A DNA stretch of 64,000 bases from a virus, in the IMG/VR virus record IMGVR_UViG_3300009008_003296, positions 13,182 to 77,181 of that record; one strand, 5' to 3'. This document shows positions 28,630 to 39,263 of the stretch, one piece after another. The translations under genes and the position numbers were made by a program. The first letter of the stretch is position 1. Each line of letters starts with the position of its first letter. The notes under the pieces were generated by a model that saw only the letters and a program-made list of their open reading frames with translations, ran no database searches and was not told the DNA's origin.

Positions 28630-29512
28630 AATTTTTTTTAAAGCAAATGGCCTTGGCGACACCATTGGATGGATGGGGCAAGTGGAGAGGTACAAAAAAG
28701 CTACAGGGAATCAAGTTGATGTTTTTTGTAGATTTAATGATATTTTTGGGGGAGAGAACATTAACATATATCCAAAGAATAGCCCACTAATCCAAGACAC
28801 TTATGATTACTCTTTTGTGATAGACTATCACGGTTGGGATAGGCCCCCTCATCTTACGAATGAAGTGAAAGACATTAAAGAAGGAGGGCTGATTCAAATG
28901 GCTTCTGAAATTTTGGGATTCGAGGAAGTAGAGGAAATAAAACCTATCCTTAAGTTTAAACCTAAAAGTATAAAACTCAGACGCCCCACGGTTTCGATGG
29001 CCTCTCTATCCACAATGCAGCAACGATTTTGGACTCTCAAGGGGGGATGGAACAGGGTTATCTCTTATTTAAAGCAGCGGAGAATTGATGTTGTTAGTCT
29101 AGACCAAGATATACAATTTGGAGGTGGTGTACCTCGAGGAGACATTCCTGCTTATACCCCTATTCCATCAGCATCAAAAAATAAAACTGGTCTTTCTCTT
29201 CGCGCAGTAGCGAACTATATCAATAAATCGTTATTTTTTATGGGGTTGAGCGGAGGTCTTTCGTGGCTTGCGTGGGCGCTCAATAAGCCTGTGGTAATGG
29301 TGGTGGGACCAATTAGTGAAAGATATCATTTTGAAAACCCTTACCTAGTACAAAACAAAAACGTCTGCCATGCGTGTTGGGACAAACATGAGATGGTAGC
29401 GAACGATTGGTATTGGTGCCCTGAAAAGAAAGATTTCGAATGTAGCAGACAAATAACGCCCGAGATGGTGATCGAAAAAATTGATCTAATTTTAAATTTA
29501 AATAAGATATGA
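28619..29512 (+). CDS. AAH/TibC-like heptosyltransferase homologue 2
   Basis: GLGDTIGW, FMGLSGGLSWLAWA, CHACW...WCP...FECSRQIT. Confidence 0.78.
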   Translation: MKTKIFFKANGLGDTIGWMGQVERYKKATGNQVDVFCRFNDIFGGENINIYPKNSPLIQDTYDYSFVIDYHGWDRPPHLTNEVKDIKEGGLIQMASEILGFEEVEEIKPILKFKPKSIKLRRPTVSMASLSTMQQRFWTLKGGWNRVISYLKQRRIDVVSLDQDIQFGGGVPRGDIPAYTPIPSASKNKTGLSLRAVANYINKSLFFMGLSGGLSWLAWALNKPVVMVVGPISERYHFENPYLVQNKNVCHACWDKHEMVANDWYWCPEKKDFECSRQITPEMVIEKIDLILNLNKI

Positions 29513-30378
29513 ATTATTTTGTTGTTCATTCGGATAAGAAATATGCTAAAAACGCTGAAAAGTTATTTTATTTTTTAGAAAAACACTCTTGTCATCAGGT
29601 TATATACGTTACGTTAGATTTTTATTATAAATCTCCCTTTGCTAACGTGATCCCTGTTACTTATAATACAAACGTGAGCGTAGACAGTACTATAGAATAC
29701 GGGAGGAACTTACCTTTTATGTTTGTGAAACCCACTATCTGTCAATTTGTTTTAAGTCTTTTTGAGGGGGCTAATTTTTGTTATCTTGACTCTGACATTA
29801 TTCCCCTTCCGAATATAGATTCTATATTTAATAAATTTAATTCTTTGGAAAATTACCCCCTATTTGCGCAGCATTGTTGGCCCGGATTACTCTGGAACCA
29901 CATGGACGTTGACGAAGACCATGAACAAAACTTATTTACTTATTTAAATTACGACAAAGCGGGCCTCAGAAACGGCGTCTTGGCCGAGAGGTATATCCAA
30001 GGCTGTCTGTTTCTTTTTAACGAAAAATGCCAACTTTTTTTAAAAAAATGGGTTGAGGTGTGTAACGACGAATATATAACAAAGAACTATAAGAAGTATG
30101 CCCCAGCACACGAAGAGTCCATTGCTAACGCTTTGTTGTGGGCGAACCAGTATCATAAAGATTTGGGAGCAGTTCATATTGATTTGCCGGTTTCTGAAGA
30201 CAAGCGACATGATCTTACGGAATTTTTTAATTTAATAAGAAAACCCCCTCAAGATGAGTTTTTCTACGATGAGTTTAGCCGCTTCCCAAGTCGTTCGAAT
30301 TTCGACAGTATTAAATGTCTACATGGAAAACTGGACGATAAAAATATGAATTTGCTTAAACACTATGAATGGAACTAA
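29509..30378 (+). CDS. GT-A glycosyltransferase (GT8-like)
   Basis: FVKP, YLDSD DxD motif, HEESIAN, LHG. Confidence 0.65.
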   Translation: MNYFVVHSDKKYAKNAEKLFYFLEKHSCHQVIYVTLDFYYKSPFANVIPVTYNTNVSVDSTIEYGRNLPFMFVKPTICQFVLSLFEGANFCYLDSDIIPLPNIDSIFNKFNSLENYPLFAQHCWPGLLWNHMDVDEDHEQNLFTYLNYDKAGLRNGVLAERYIQGCLFLFNEKCQLFLKKWVEVCNDEYITKNYKKYAPAHEESIANALLWANQYHKDLGAVHIDLPVSEDKRHDLTEFFNLIRKPPQDEFFYDEFSRFPSRSNFDSIKCLHGKLDDKNMNLLKHYEWN

Positions 30379-31288
30379 AAAGCCAATATCAATCAACCAC
30401 TATTTTCCCGAAGGCGAAGATTGGCGAACCTATCCTGCGATCAAGGTAACCACTGCCGACGCGTTCCATTATTGCGCTATGCCCTTGGAATTCGCTATGT
30501 ACCGTGGTATCGAAAAGGTGTGGAGCTGCGAGCTTGGCGACAACTCTTGGGCGACCTTCGATGACACTGAGATGTACAACGCCGTTTTAACTGATCGTAA
30601 CGGGAATATAATAATGCAAAAAAAATGGAACCCTCTAGAGGATGGAGATTTTTTTTATCAGGCTCTTTATCTTTATTGCATGCGTCTCACCAGTGAGGGT
30701 AAAAAACCTAAAGGTATCGCGATAGGAACCCATGATGGAGCATTTGGAGAATGGGCCCCTGTAGTACAAGAGGATTTAACTGATGCTTGCTTGGTTGAGG
30801 CGTCGCAACCTCAATTTGCGAACCTTGTTCGCAATTATCAAAGGTACCCCAACGTTAAATTGGTCAACCAGTTGATTACCACAGAAGGGCAAGATATAGA
30901 ATTTTTCGAAGGAGGAAATGGTTACACTAATTCTGTTGTAGAAAGAGTCATAAGAGACTGGGAAACGCAGGAAATCAAAAGCTCTATAAGATCCTCTTGT
31001 TCAATTAATGATTTAATTGGCAATTACATATCCAGCGGAGAGCGACTAGATTGGCTTCATTTAGATGTTGAAGGATATGATGCGGATTTGCTAAGAGCTC
31101 TCAAGCAACCGCTCCCGCCTTTTATTATTTTTGAAAATCACCCTTCTCACCACAAGGAAGAACTGGAGTATAATGAACAACAAAAAAAACGGATTCAAAC
31201 TTATCTGAGGGATAGCGGGCACGACATAGTATCTTCAGGTGTTTCTTGCTTAGCAACCCTCCCCTATGAAGTTCAAAACATTAAATGA
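30365..31288 (+). CDS. FkbM-family methyltransferase
   Basis: IGTHDG, LVEA, LHLDVEGYD, IIFE. Confidence 0.75.
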   Translation: MNGTKKPISINHYFPEGEDWRTYPAIKVTTADAFHYCAMPLEFAMYRGIEKVWSCELGDNSWATFDDTEMYNAVLTDRNGNIIMQKKWNPLEDGDFFYQALYLYCMRLTSEGKKPKGIAIGTHDGAFGEWAPVVQEDLTDACLVEASQPQFANLVRNYQRYPNVKLVNQLITTEGQDIEFFEGGNGYTNSVVERVIRDWETQEIKSSIRSSCSINDLIGNYISSGERLDWLHLDVEGYDADLLRALKQPLPPFIIFENHPSHHKEELEYNEQQKKRIQTYLRDSGHDIVSSGVSCLATLPYEVQNIK

Positions 31289-34200
31289 AAATTAAAGCAC
31301 ACTGCCCCTTTTTAGGTCGTACCGGGTATAATGCCCATGCTCGAGGCTTTTTTACTGCTTTAAGCGAGTTAATTGACTTGCGGGTTGACAACTACACATG
31401 GTGCGATGATACTGATAACTATCTTACCGACCATCAAAAACGTATTATTTCCGAGGTGACCTTAAGAGCTCCCGACGGAGAGCAACAGTATCCTCCCGAC
31501 TGGAAAGAAGAAATTGAAAGCTTTAAGTATGATGTAGACATTGTACTACACGAACATTGTCATCGACACTTCTGGCGCGAATACACGAAGCCAAAAATTG
31601 CCTATACTGTATGGGAGACAGATCGGATGAATGATGATTTTTTTGAACGTCTTTTAGAATATGACCAGCTTTGGGTTCCATCTGAATGGCAAAAAGAATG
31701 CGCTATAGGGCAAGGTTATCCGTGCGATCGTGTTAAAGTGGTGCCTGAGGCGGTAGAACCTGATTGTTTTCCCGATAATGCAATTGTGCCGGATGATTCA
31801 ATATTTACATTTTGTGTGTTAGGGCGCTGGGACCACCGTAAATCAATTACTGAAATTTTGGAATGTTTTGTTGAGCTTTTTGGAAACAATCCTAAGGTGC
31901 AGCTTATTGCCTCTATTGATAACCATTATGCTGAAGATGGCCTATCCACCGAAGAAAGGTTTAAAAAAATGGGGTGGGGTAATATAAAAAATATTATATT
32001 AAAATCTTTTCCCTCTCGCCCCGAGTATATCGATATTCTACGGCGCAGTCATGTTTTTTTATCCTGTGCGCGTTCGGAAGGATGGAATATTCCCCTTATC
32101 GAAGCCATGGCATGCGGCGTACCATCCATCTATAGCGATTGCTCTGGCCAAACAGAATTTGCATCTGGGAAGGGTATTCCAATTCCTATCTTAGGGAAGG
32201 AGAAAGCACGCATTGGCCATGGTGGTATTGCTAGCAAATGGACCACTGAGATGCCGGGCCACTATTTTACCCCGGATTTTACACGTCTTAAAGAGAAGAT
32301 GCGGTTTTGTATAGACAATTACGCTACGCTTAAGACCAGAGCTCTCAAGGAATCAGTAGAGATTAGATCGAAGTATACTTGGGCAAACGCCGCCCTCATT
32401 GCGTTGAAGAACTTAGAAAACTTTGCCCCAAAAACCCAAAAGGTCAATGTATTAGTACACGCTGATGATGAGTATTTAAAATATGCTAATATATGTATAG
32501 AGTCTATTAGAAAACATTCTGGTTATAATGTTATTTTATATGGGTATGATACCCATTTTAAAGGAAAATTTATTCCCCCGAACACTGAAGTTCGGCGGTT
32601 GCGAAAATGGCCCCTATCAAAAAACGGTCGTAACTTAGGCGTCATGAGTTGCCGCGTTTCTATGTGTTTAGATGCGCTCGAGCAGGATCCTAATGATTTA
32701 TTTATTATGGTGGATTCCGATATGGTTGCAATGAAAGACCTGCGTCCCTTTTTTAGAGAGCAATTCGATAGATTAGAAGATTACCCCCTTTGCATTACCT
32801 ATAAGCACGACAATCTTATTCACTCTAGGCTAGAGCCAGATGGCACCACAATCCAAAAAGGGCACGGTGATGAAGCGGCCTCTGTTTTTGGTGTTGAACC
32901 TAGAGGGGTTGCCTTCAATCATCCCATTGATTTTACTATTGGTCATGGGGTTGTTATTTTTGATAAAAAATCAGCGCCATTCTTCTCAGAGTTGCTGGAG
33001 CTTTCCTTACGGAGTCTGAAGGAAGAGCTTGTTGACCTCATTGATGATAAGTCTTTTGAATCAGAAAGAATCCACAATATTTTGATGTGGAAATATGGCT
33101 TTACACAACACTTACCTCTTTCATGGGTTTCTAAGGATGAAGATAATGATTTTCTTCAACCAGACCTGAAAACGTACACGGACGCTGGATTTGATGTGGT
33201 TTACACTCATCAAGATAGACGTTCTTATGACATTGCCCCAGAGCAACTTTTATTTTTGCATGGCAGATCTTTTCCCCCTCTCTCTTCCCAATTAATGATT
33301 ATCGCTCATCCTGACGACGAAACTATCTTTGGGTTCTCTGAGTTAGATGGCGACACTGATTGGAAAATAGTGTGTGTTTCTAGCGATAATCGTGAGGATG
33401 ATTTCCATAAGGCGATGGCATTTTATGGGATTAAAGACTACGAGATGTGGGGTTTTAACTCTTCGGTTATGGAAGCATTTCCTTCTGACTCATTAGATAA
33501 AAAAATAGAACATTTAATCAACAGCCAACAATGGAAAAAAGTAGTTACCCACAACCCATGCGGAGAGTATGGTCATATTCAGCATAAAAATGTTTTTGAT
33601 TCGGTCAAAAAATATTGTGATAATTTTTATATTTTTTGCAAATCTGCCTCAATATTAGGGCCCCACGAACTTCAGCGCAAACAGGAGGCTTTAAAAATCT
33701 ACAGCTCAGAGGATATCATCCCTCAACTCCAACAGCTTAACGGAGACTGGTATATTATGCCCGACATGTCTACCAACTATATAGAGCATGGTACTGTAGA
33801 ATTATATAAACCAAGCAGACATACCACCCCTTTTATTCACTGTTGGGAAAAGACCCCCGATTATTCGCCGGTACCCTTTCATAAAAAAAAGGAGTTCCCC
33901 TCTTTTGTCCCAAAAATTAAAGTGCACTGTCCTTTTCTCGGACACACTGGCCTCAGCGCTTCCGCGCGCGGGACGTTCACAGCATTAAGCAGTATTGTTG
34001 ATCTGCGCGTTGACAACTATACGTGGTGCGATGACCGTCACAACTACCTTACTGAACACCAGAAAAAGATTATTTCTGAAGTGACCTTGAAGGACCCTCA
34101 AGACAATTATATCGAGAAACAGCACCCACCTGAGTGGAAGAAAGAAATAGAAGATTTCCAATACGACATAGATATCGTGTTTCATGAGTACGATCACGAC

Positions 34201-35889
34201 CACTTTCTTAAGAAGTATAGTAAGCCAAAAATTGCCTACACCGTATGGGAGACAGATTTATACGCTGCTCACTTTTTTAAAACACTTCTTGAATACGACG
34301 AATTATGGGTTCCATCTAAATGGCAAAGAGAATATAGCATAGCGCAGGGTTACCCGGCTAGTCGCGTTAAGGTAGTGCCTTTTGCTGTAGAGTCCGATTG
34401 TACCCCCAGTTCTGATGGTGAGTCTTTAGATGATTCAGTTTTTACCTTTTGTTTGTTTGGGCGTTGGGATTATCGCAAATCTACCACGGAGATTATCCGA
34501 TGTTTTGTTGAATTGTTTGGTAACAACCCAAAAGTACAACTAATAGCTTCTATTGATAATCCTTTTGCCCTTGATGGGCTTTCGACGGAAGAGCGTAAAG
34601 CAAAAATGGGGTGGGGGGAGGTTGATAATATTATTCTTAAGTCTTTCCCCAATCGTAAAGAATATGTCAAAATTATTCAAGAAAGCCACGTATTTTTATC
34701 TTGTGCACGTGCAGAAGGGTGGAATATACCTTTATTAGAAGCGATGGCTTGCGGGACTCCTGCTATTTATAGTGATTGTTCTGCTCAACTAGAATTTGCC
34801 CAAAATAAAGGTATTCCGGTTCGTGTCTTAGGAAAGGAGAAAGCTGGAGTAGGTATAAGGGAAGTAGTCAGCCGATTTACTGCGAACCTTCCCGGCCATT
34901 ACTTTAGTCCGGATTACGAGCACCTGAAAAGCCAGATGCAGTATTGTATAGACAACTATAAAAGTTTAAAAACAACAGCCCTCAAGGAGTCCGCCGAACT
35001 TCGTCAAAAGTATACGTGGCAACATACTGCCCGCATTGCCCTTGACCATTTAGACAGTTTTTGTAAATCTCAGGCCATTAATATTCCCAAACCAAACCCT
35101 TCCCCTGCTTCATCCAAATTTATGAAAAAGAAGATATTCTTTCCCCTCATTACCTACGGAGGTATGTGTAATACTGAATTCGCTATTGGTGCTATGGGTA
35201 CCCTTTTGCGGATTCAGCAAAGTTCTGATATTGATATGGTGGTTTCTTCCATTGTCTTTGAGAGTTTGATTAGTCGGGCTCGAAACGCTTCTGCTGCTTG
35301 GGCGCTTTCGTCAGATTATACCCATTTATTGTTTATTGATTCTGATATTCATTTTGAGGCAAACGATGTCTTCAAACTAATTGAAGCCGACAAAGATGTG
35401 GCGGTGGGTGTTTACCCTAAAAAATATTACAATCGCCACAAAATGGAATTTTTAGCCAAGGACGCACCTCATGTTTTTAACGATAAAAATGAATGGAGAG
35501 CCCTTGCGACGGATTTCTCTAGCGAATGCGGCGACAAGGCTTTAGATAAGGCACGGCAAGGCGAAATATTCACGGTAGATTATGCAGCCACAGGTTTCAT
35601 GCTTATTAAAACTGATGTCTTTAAAAAAATTATTGACAAGCGCCCTGACCTGAAGTATACTAATGATGTTGATGGCTACATGAGTGCCGGAGACAACTTT
35701 TATGACTTTTTCACAGTGGGTGTAAATCAATCAAATAAAAAATATGAAAGCGAGGACTACGGCTTTTGCCAGCTCTGGCGTTCGGTCGGCGGACAAATCC
35801 ACGTTATACCCTCTATCAATCTTACCCACACGGGAAGAAACCATTACCCCGGAAACATCCAAGCTCAAGCTCAAATGTTTCATAAATAA
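31285..35889 (+). CDS. Multidomain glycan enzyme: GT4 - GT-A - PIG-L deacetylase - GT4 - GT-A
   Basis: EGWNIPL.EAMACG twice; VDSD; AHPDDE and GEYGH.QH; C-terminal ISRARN, FIDSD, ATGFMLI, SEDY.FC. Confidence 0.85.
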   Translation: MKIKAHCPFLGRTGYNAHARGFFTALSELIDLRVDNYTWCDDTDNYLTDHQKRIISEVTLRAPDGEQQYPPDWKEEIESFKYDVDIVLHEHCHRHFWREYTKPKIAYTVWETDRMNDDFFERLLEYDQLWVPSEWQKECAIGQGYPCDRVKVVPEAVEPDCFPDNAIVPDDSIFTFCVLGRWDHRKSITEILECFVELFGNNPKVQLIASIDNHYAEDGLSTEERFKKMGWGNIKNIILKSFPSRPEYIDILRRSHVFLSCARSEGWNIPLIEAMACGVPSIYSDCSGQTEFASGKGIPIPILGKEKARIGHGGIASKWTTEMPGHYFTPDFTRLKEKMRFCIDNYATLKTRALKESVEIRSKYTWANAALIALKNLENFAPKTQKVNVLVHADDEYLKYANICIESIRKHSGYNVILYGYDTHFKGKFIPPNTEVRRLRKWPLSKNGRNLGVMSCRVSMCLDALEQDPNDLFIMVDSDMVAMKDLRPFFREQFDRLEDYPLCITYKHDNLIHSRLEPDGTTIQKGHGDEAASVFGVEPRGVAFNHPIDFTIGHGVVIFDKKSAPFFSELLELSLRSLKEELVDLIDDKSFESERIHNILMWKYGFTQHLPLSWVSKDEDNDFLQPDLKTYTDAGFDVVYTHQDRRSYDIAPEQLLFLHGRSFPPLSSQLMIIAHPDDETIFGFSELDGDTDWKIVCVSSDNREDDFHKAMAFYGIKDYEMWGFNSSVMEAFPSDSLDKKIEHLINSQQWKKVVTHNPCGEYGHIQHKNVFDSVKKYCDNFYIFCKSASILGPHELQRKQEALKIYSSEDIIPQLQQLNGDWYIMPDMSTNYIEHGTVELYKPSRHTTPFIHCWEKTPDYSPVPFHKKKEFPSFVPKIKVHCPFLGHTGLSASARGTFTALSSIVDLRVDNYTWCDDRHNYLTEHQKKIISEVTLKDPQDNYIEKQHPPEWKKEIEDFQYDIDIVFHEYDHDHFLKKYSKPKIAYTVWETDLYAAHFFKTLLEYDELWVPSKWQREYSIAQGYPASRVKVVPFAVESDCTPSSDGESLDDSVFTFCLFGRWDYRKSTTEIIRCFVELFGNNPKVQLIASIDNPFALDGLSTEERKAKMGWGEVDNIILKSFPNRKEYVKIIQESHVFLSCARAEGWNIPLLEAMACGTPAIYSDCSAQLEFAQNKGIPVRVLGKEKAGVGIREVVSRFTANLPGHYFSPDYEHLKSQMQYCIDNYKSLKTTALKESAELRQKYTWQHTARIALDHLDSFCKSQAINIPKPNPSPASSKFMKKKIFFPLITYGGMCNTEFAIGAMGTLLRIQQSSDIDMVVSSIVFESLISRARNASAAWALSSDYTHLLFIDSDIHFEANDVFKLIEADKDVAVGVYPKKYYNRHKMEFLAKDAPHVFNDKNEWRALATDFSSECGDKALDKARQGEIFTVDYAATGFMLIKTDVFKKIIDKRPDLKYTNDVDGYMSAGDNFYDFFTVGVNQSNKKYESEDYGFCQLWRSVGGQIHVIPSINLTHTGRNHYPGNIQAQAQMFHK

Positions 35890-36135
35890 TTTATTAAAAC
35901 ATGTGGACACGAAACAAACATAAACATACGGCTCGGCGACCTCATCTGCAAAAAGGCGGTTCGCACAGTAGCGCGGGACGCCAAAAAATCTCCTCTCGTA
36001 AGGATAAAAAAATCAACCAAATGAATCTTGTCGAAACACAAAAGAAGATTGAATTCTTGAAAAGCCGTAACGAATACAATAATCAAAACAAGTACGCAAG
36101 AGATCTGACTGATCGATTTTTGGAATTAATGAACA

Positions 36136-36501
36136 GTGGCTCCCACAGCAACTAACTCCACATTCCCCCCCTTGGATTGTGATCCCTGTGAGCTTCTCAA
36201 AGGGGACGAGAAAGCTTTCCTTATTGCTTCATTAGTATTGGTTGGCGAGCGCCCTGTTTTCTTTTATGATAAATTTAATTTATTTGCAGAGCCTTTTATT
36301 TCCCAGAATACTAAGAACCGCATTGAGTTTCCATTAAAACCAACAGCAGAGCTTCCTGATTATATTCCTACTTTTGGTTTTGGGGTCAACCACAATATTC
36401 TGATAGCCGAGGTGTGGCCTTGGCTTGACAAGGGTTGGCATCGTTGGTGGGAACATACGATAGTAGGTAGGAAAGATTTTACACTAAGTGTTTATGCCTA
36501 A
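36136..36501 (+). CDS. hypothetical protein
   Basis: 121-aa ORF overlapping neighbours. Confidence 0.45.
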   Translation: MAPTATNSTFPPLDCDPCELLKGDEKAFLIASLVLVGERPVFFYDKFNLFAEPFISQNTKNRIEFPLKPTAELPDYIPTFGFGVNHNILIAEVWPWLDKGWHRWWEHTIVGRKDFTLSVYA

Positions 36502-38104
36502 GTCTGTTTTAAGTTTTGCGGCCGCGCATCACGATTCTAATTTATCCGTGTATGTAAAGAATCAGCTCTATACTATAGAGCTGGAAAGAATTTACGGCAA
36601 TCGATACTTGGCGTTTCAAACATGTTCAGAGGCCGAACAACAATCCCTTTTAATCTCTTTAAAGCAAATCCTAAAAGACAAAGGCCTTCTTGTACCTTCT
36701 TTTGATGTGGGTTTGTTTGATTGGGAAAGTACAGCAGAAACGATTCAAAAGTTTTGTGAGATTTTTAATGTTGTAAAAGTTTATCAAAAAGGAGATGACG
36801 CCACGTTCCATCATAGAGCTCATGCCGCGGGAGCTTTTTATTCCAGTGGTTTCGATGAAGCTTTGGTTTTTAGCTATGATGGAGGGGGGGAACCTGACGG
36901 TACTATTTGTGTCTACGACCTTAAAAAACCTGATCCGGATTTTACTCAACTTAACCCCTTTGCACTGCGATGTTTGACGACCAAATATTGTTCTTTATCT
37001 TCTTTTATGGAAGAAATTAGAGGTTCGCAAAAAAATCAAGATTATCTTCATCGACGTTTTGATCAAGTGGACCATGGGTGTTCGGGTAAGTTTATGGGAT
37101 TATCGGCGTATGGTGTTTTTGATAAGTTTATGTTTGATGCCTGCAAAAAGTGGTTGCAGGTAGGTTCCCTTAATCCGTATGATTCTCATTTTTGGGGAGA
37201 GATAGGAACTCATTTTAAAAATGGAGTGCAGGGTACAACTTCCTATAATTGGGCTTTTAACATGCAACGTGCTTTTGAAGCTGATTTTTTAGAGCTTTTT
37301 GTTAAGTTTTTTGATAAGAGCAAACATAAAAACGTTTGCTTAACGGGAGGGGGTGCCCTCAATGTTGTGCTCAACGAGAGGCTGAGTAAGACTTATCCAA
37401 ATGTTAATTTTTTTGTTTCCCCTTCTCCCGGTGATAGCGGTTTATCATCTGGCATGATAGTCCGTTATCTCAAAAACCCGCTTGTTTCCGAATCTATGTA
37501 TACGGGCTGTGAAATTTTAGACAAAGGGGCTTTGCCATACATTTTAGATCATCGAGCGTGGAAGAAGGCTACCCCGAAACTCATAGCAAAGGAATTAACA
37601 AGAGGAAAAATTATTGGTATCTGTCGAGGTGACAGCGAAATAGGCCCCCGTGCATTAGGAAATCGAACTATATTGGCGGATCCCCGAAGTCACCAAGCTA
37701 AAGATATAATCAATGATAAAGTTAAATTTAGAGAATGGTATCGGCCGTTTGCTCCTGTATGTAAAGAAGATAAGGCATCAATTTTTTTCGAAACGTCTGA
37801 TAATGCGTGCTACAAGTATATGTCTTTTAGCCCTCAGGTGCGAGAAAAATATCGAACAGTATTGCCCGCAGTGACCCATGTGGACGGATCCTCTCGATTA
37901 CAAACCGTTTCTGCACAGCAAAATCAGTTTATCTATGACATATTAGATGAATTTGAGAAGCTGACGGGTATTCCCGTCTTGGTTAACACTTCTTTTAATA
38001 CTAAAGGAAAAGCTATTTTAACTCGATATCTCACCGCTATGCAAGTCTTAGATTCAACAGGACTTGACAGCGTGGTGCTAGAAGGCTATTATATTTATAA
38101 ATAA
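36494..38104 (+). CDS. Carbamoyltransferase, NodU/CmcH family
   Basis: HHRAHA, DGGG, GKFMGL..YG, GGGALN, GPRALGNR, KFREWYRPFAP, HVDGSSRLQT, NTSFN. Confidence 0.93.
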   Translation: MPKSVLSFAAAHHDSNLSVYVKNQLYTIELERIYGNRYLAFQTCSEAEQQSLLISLKQILKDKGLLVPSFDVGLFDWESTAETIQKFCEIFNVVKVYQKGDDATFHHRAHAAGAFYSSGFDEALVFSYDGGGEPDGTICVYDLKKPDPDFTQLNPFALRCLTTKYCSLSSFMEEIRGSQKNQDYLHRRFDQVDHGCSGKFMGLSAYGVFDKFMFDACKKWLQVGSLNPYDSHFWGEIGTHFKNGVQGTTSYNWAFNMQRAFEADFLELFVKFFDKSKHKNVCLTGGGALNVVLNERLSKTYPNVNFFVSPSPGDSGLSSGMIVRYLKNPLVSESMYTGCEILDKGALPYILDHRAWKKATPKLIAKELTRGKIIGICRGDSEIGPRALGNRTILADPRSHQAKDIINDKVKFREWYRPFAPVCKEDKASIFFETSDNACYKYMSFSPQVREKYRTVLPAVTHVDGSSRLQTVSAQQNQFIYDILDEFEKLTGIPVLVNTSFNTKGKAILTRYLTAMQVLDSTGLDSVVLEGYYIYK

Positions 38105-38105
38105 G

Positions 38106-38327
38106 ATGAAAGAACAAATACTTAACACTATCGCCGTACATAACGTAAGCCAATACCACCATGCTAAAACTAACCTAGATAATTACTTAGCTAACCCTGC
38201 TGCTATTGGAGAGCATCCTGACATTGTCGCTGAGGCGATTAAATTGGTGGAATCTATGGAGGCGGCAGAATCCAACCTTCAAACATTAAACGCAGCCTAT
38301 GGAACCGATTACACAACAGCAATGTAA
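38106..38327 (+). CDS. conserved small phage protein
   Basis: YLANPAAIGEHPDIV motif familiar from myovirus small proteins. Confidence 0.6.
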   Translation: MKEQILNTIAVHNVSQYHHAKTNLDNYLANPAAIGEHPDIVAEAIKLVESMEAAESNLQTLNAAYGTDYTTAM

Positions 38328-38504
38328 TGAATTTTATTTAAAAGACACCAAGTTTAGAGTCTTCGCTGACGATAATATCATTAGCGTCTATAATGTTCAC
38401 CATCTTTCTCGCGCAGATATTAATGCGGCGATTCGCTATATGATACTAGAAGCTATTATTGAAATTGGTACCTATCAAGTAAACGTTTACTCAGAAAATT
38501 TTAA

Positions 38505-39263
38505 ATGAGCAATATTTTAATTTCAACCATCGTTAGAAACCGCGGTGAAACCCTTCGTGGGTGGCATGATCAACTTGAATCGTTGGTTTGTTTAGACGAG
38601 CATAATCAATACTATTTAAGTATTTATGAAAATGATTCCGAAGACAATAGCGTCGCGCTGTTAAATTCTTTTGATTATTCTTTTTGTAAGGATTACTGTC
38701 TAAAAAGCGAAACGCTTAACACCAAATATTACTATCCTCCTTTTGAGGACTACGGAACGGAGCAAGGACACTTTAGTAAAGTTGATAGAGTCAACAATTT
38801 AGCAGCAGCGAGAAATAAAAGTATTTTTGAGTGTGGTTTTTTGGGAGACACCGACTATGTTCTTTGCATAGAACCTGATATTAAATACAGCCCACAAGAA
38901 TCGCTACCGAGCGTCATCAACAAGCAACACTACGATATTATTTCAGCTAAAAGCATTTTCACCAGCACTCGTTATGAGTCGCATCCTCTGTATGATGGGT
39001 GGGCTACCAGAAAAACCGAACATGAGGAAAGCTGGGATTTTTCCATATCTTTAGAGGGTATGATACCAGTTTGGTCAACGTTTAATTGTTTTTGTATGTA
39101 CAAGTCCCTTCCTTTTAAACAAGGGGCCGCTTTCGGAGGGTTTAATAAACGGCTAGATAAGCCTGACTGTGACACGGCTGTTATATGTGAAGAGTTCCGT
39201 GCTTTAGGGTACCATAATATGGTAATGAATTGTGAGTTTGAGGTCTTACAAGAGCTTGAATAA
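38505..39263 (+). CDS. GT-A glycosyltransferase (CAP59/Anp1-like)
   Basis: YENDS.D, LAAARN, YDGWATR, VWSTFN. Confidence 0.65.
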   Translation: MSNILISTIVRNRGETLRGWHDQLESLVCLDEHNQYYLSIYENDSEDNSVALLNSFDYSFCKDYCLKSETLNTKYYYPPFEDYGTEQGHFSKVDRVNNLAAARNKSIFECGFLGDTDYVLCIEPDIKYSPQESLPSVINKQHYDIISAKSIFTSTRYESHPLYDGWATRKTEHEESWDFSISLEGMIPVWSTFNCFCMYKSLPFKQGAAFGGFNKRLDKPDCDTAVICEEFRALGYHNMVMNCEFEVLQELE

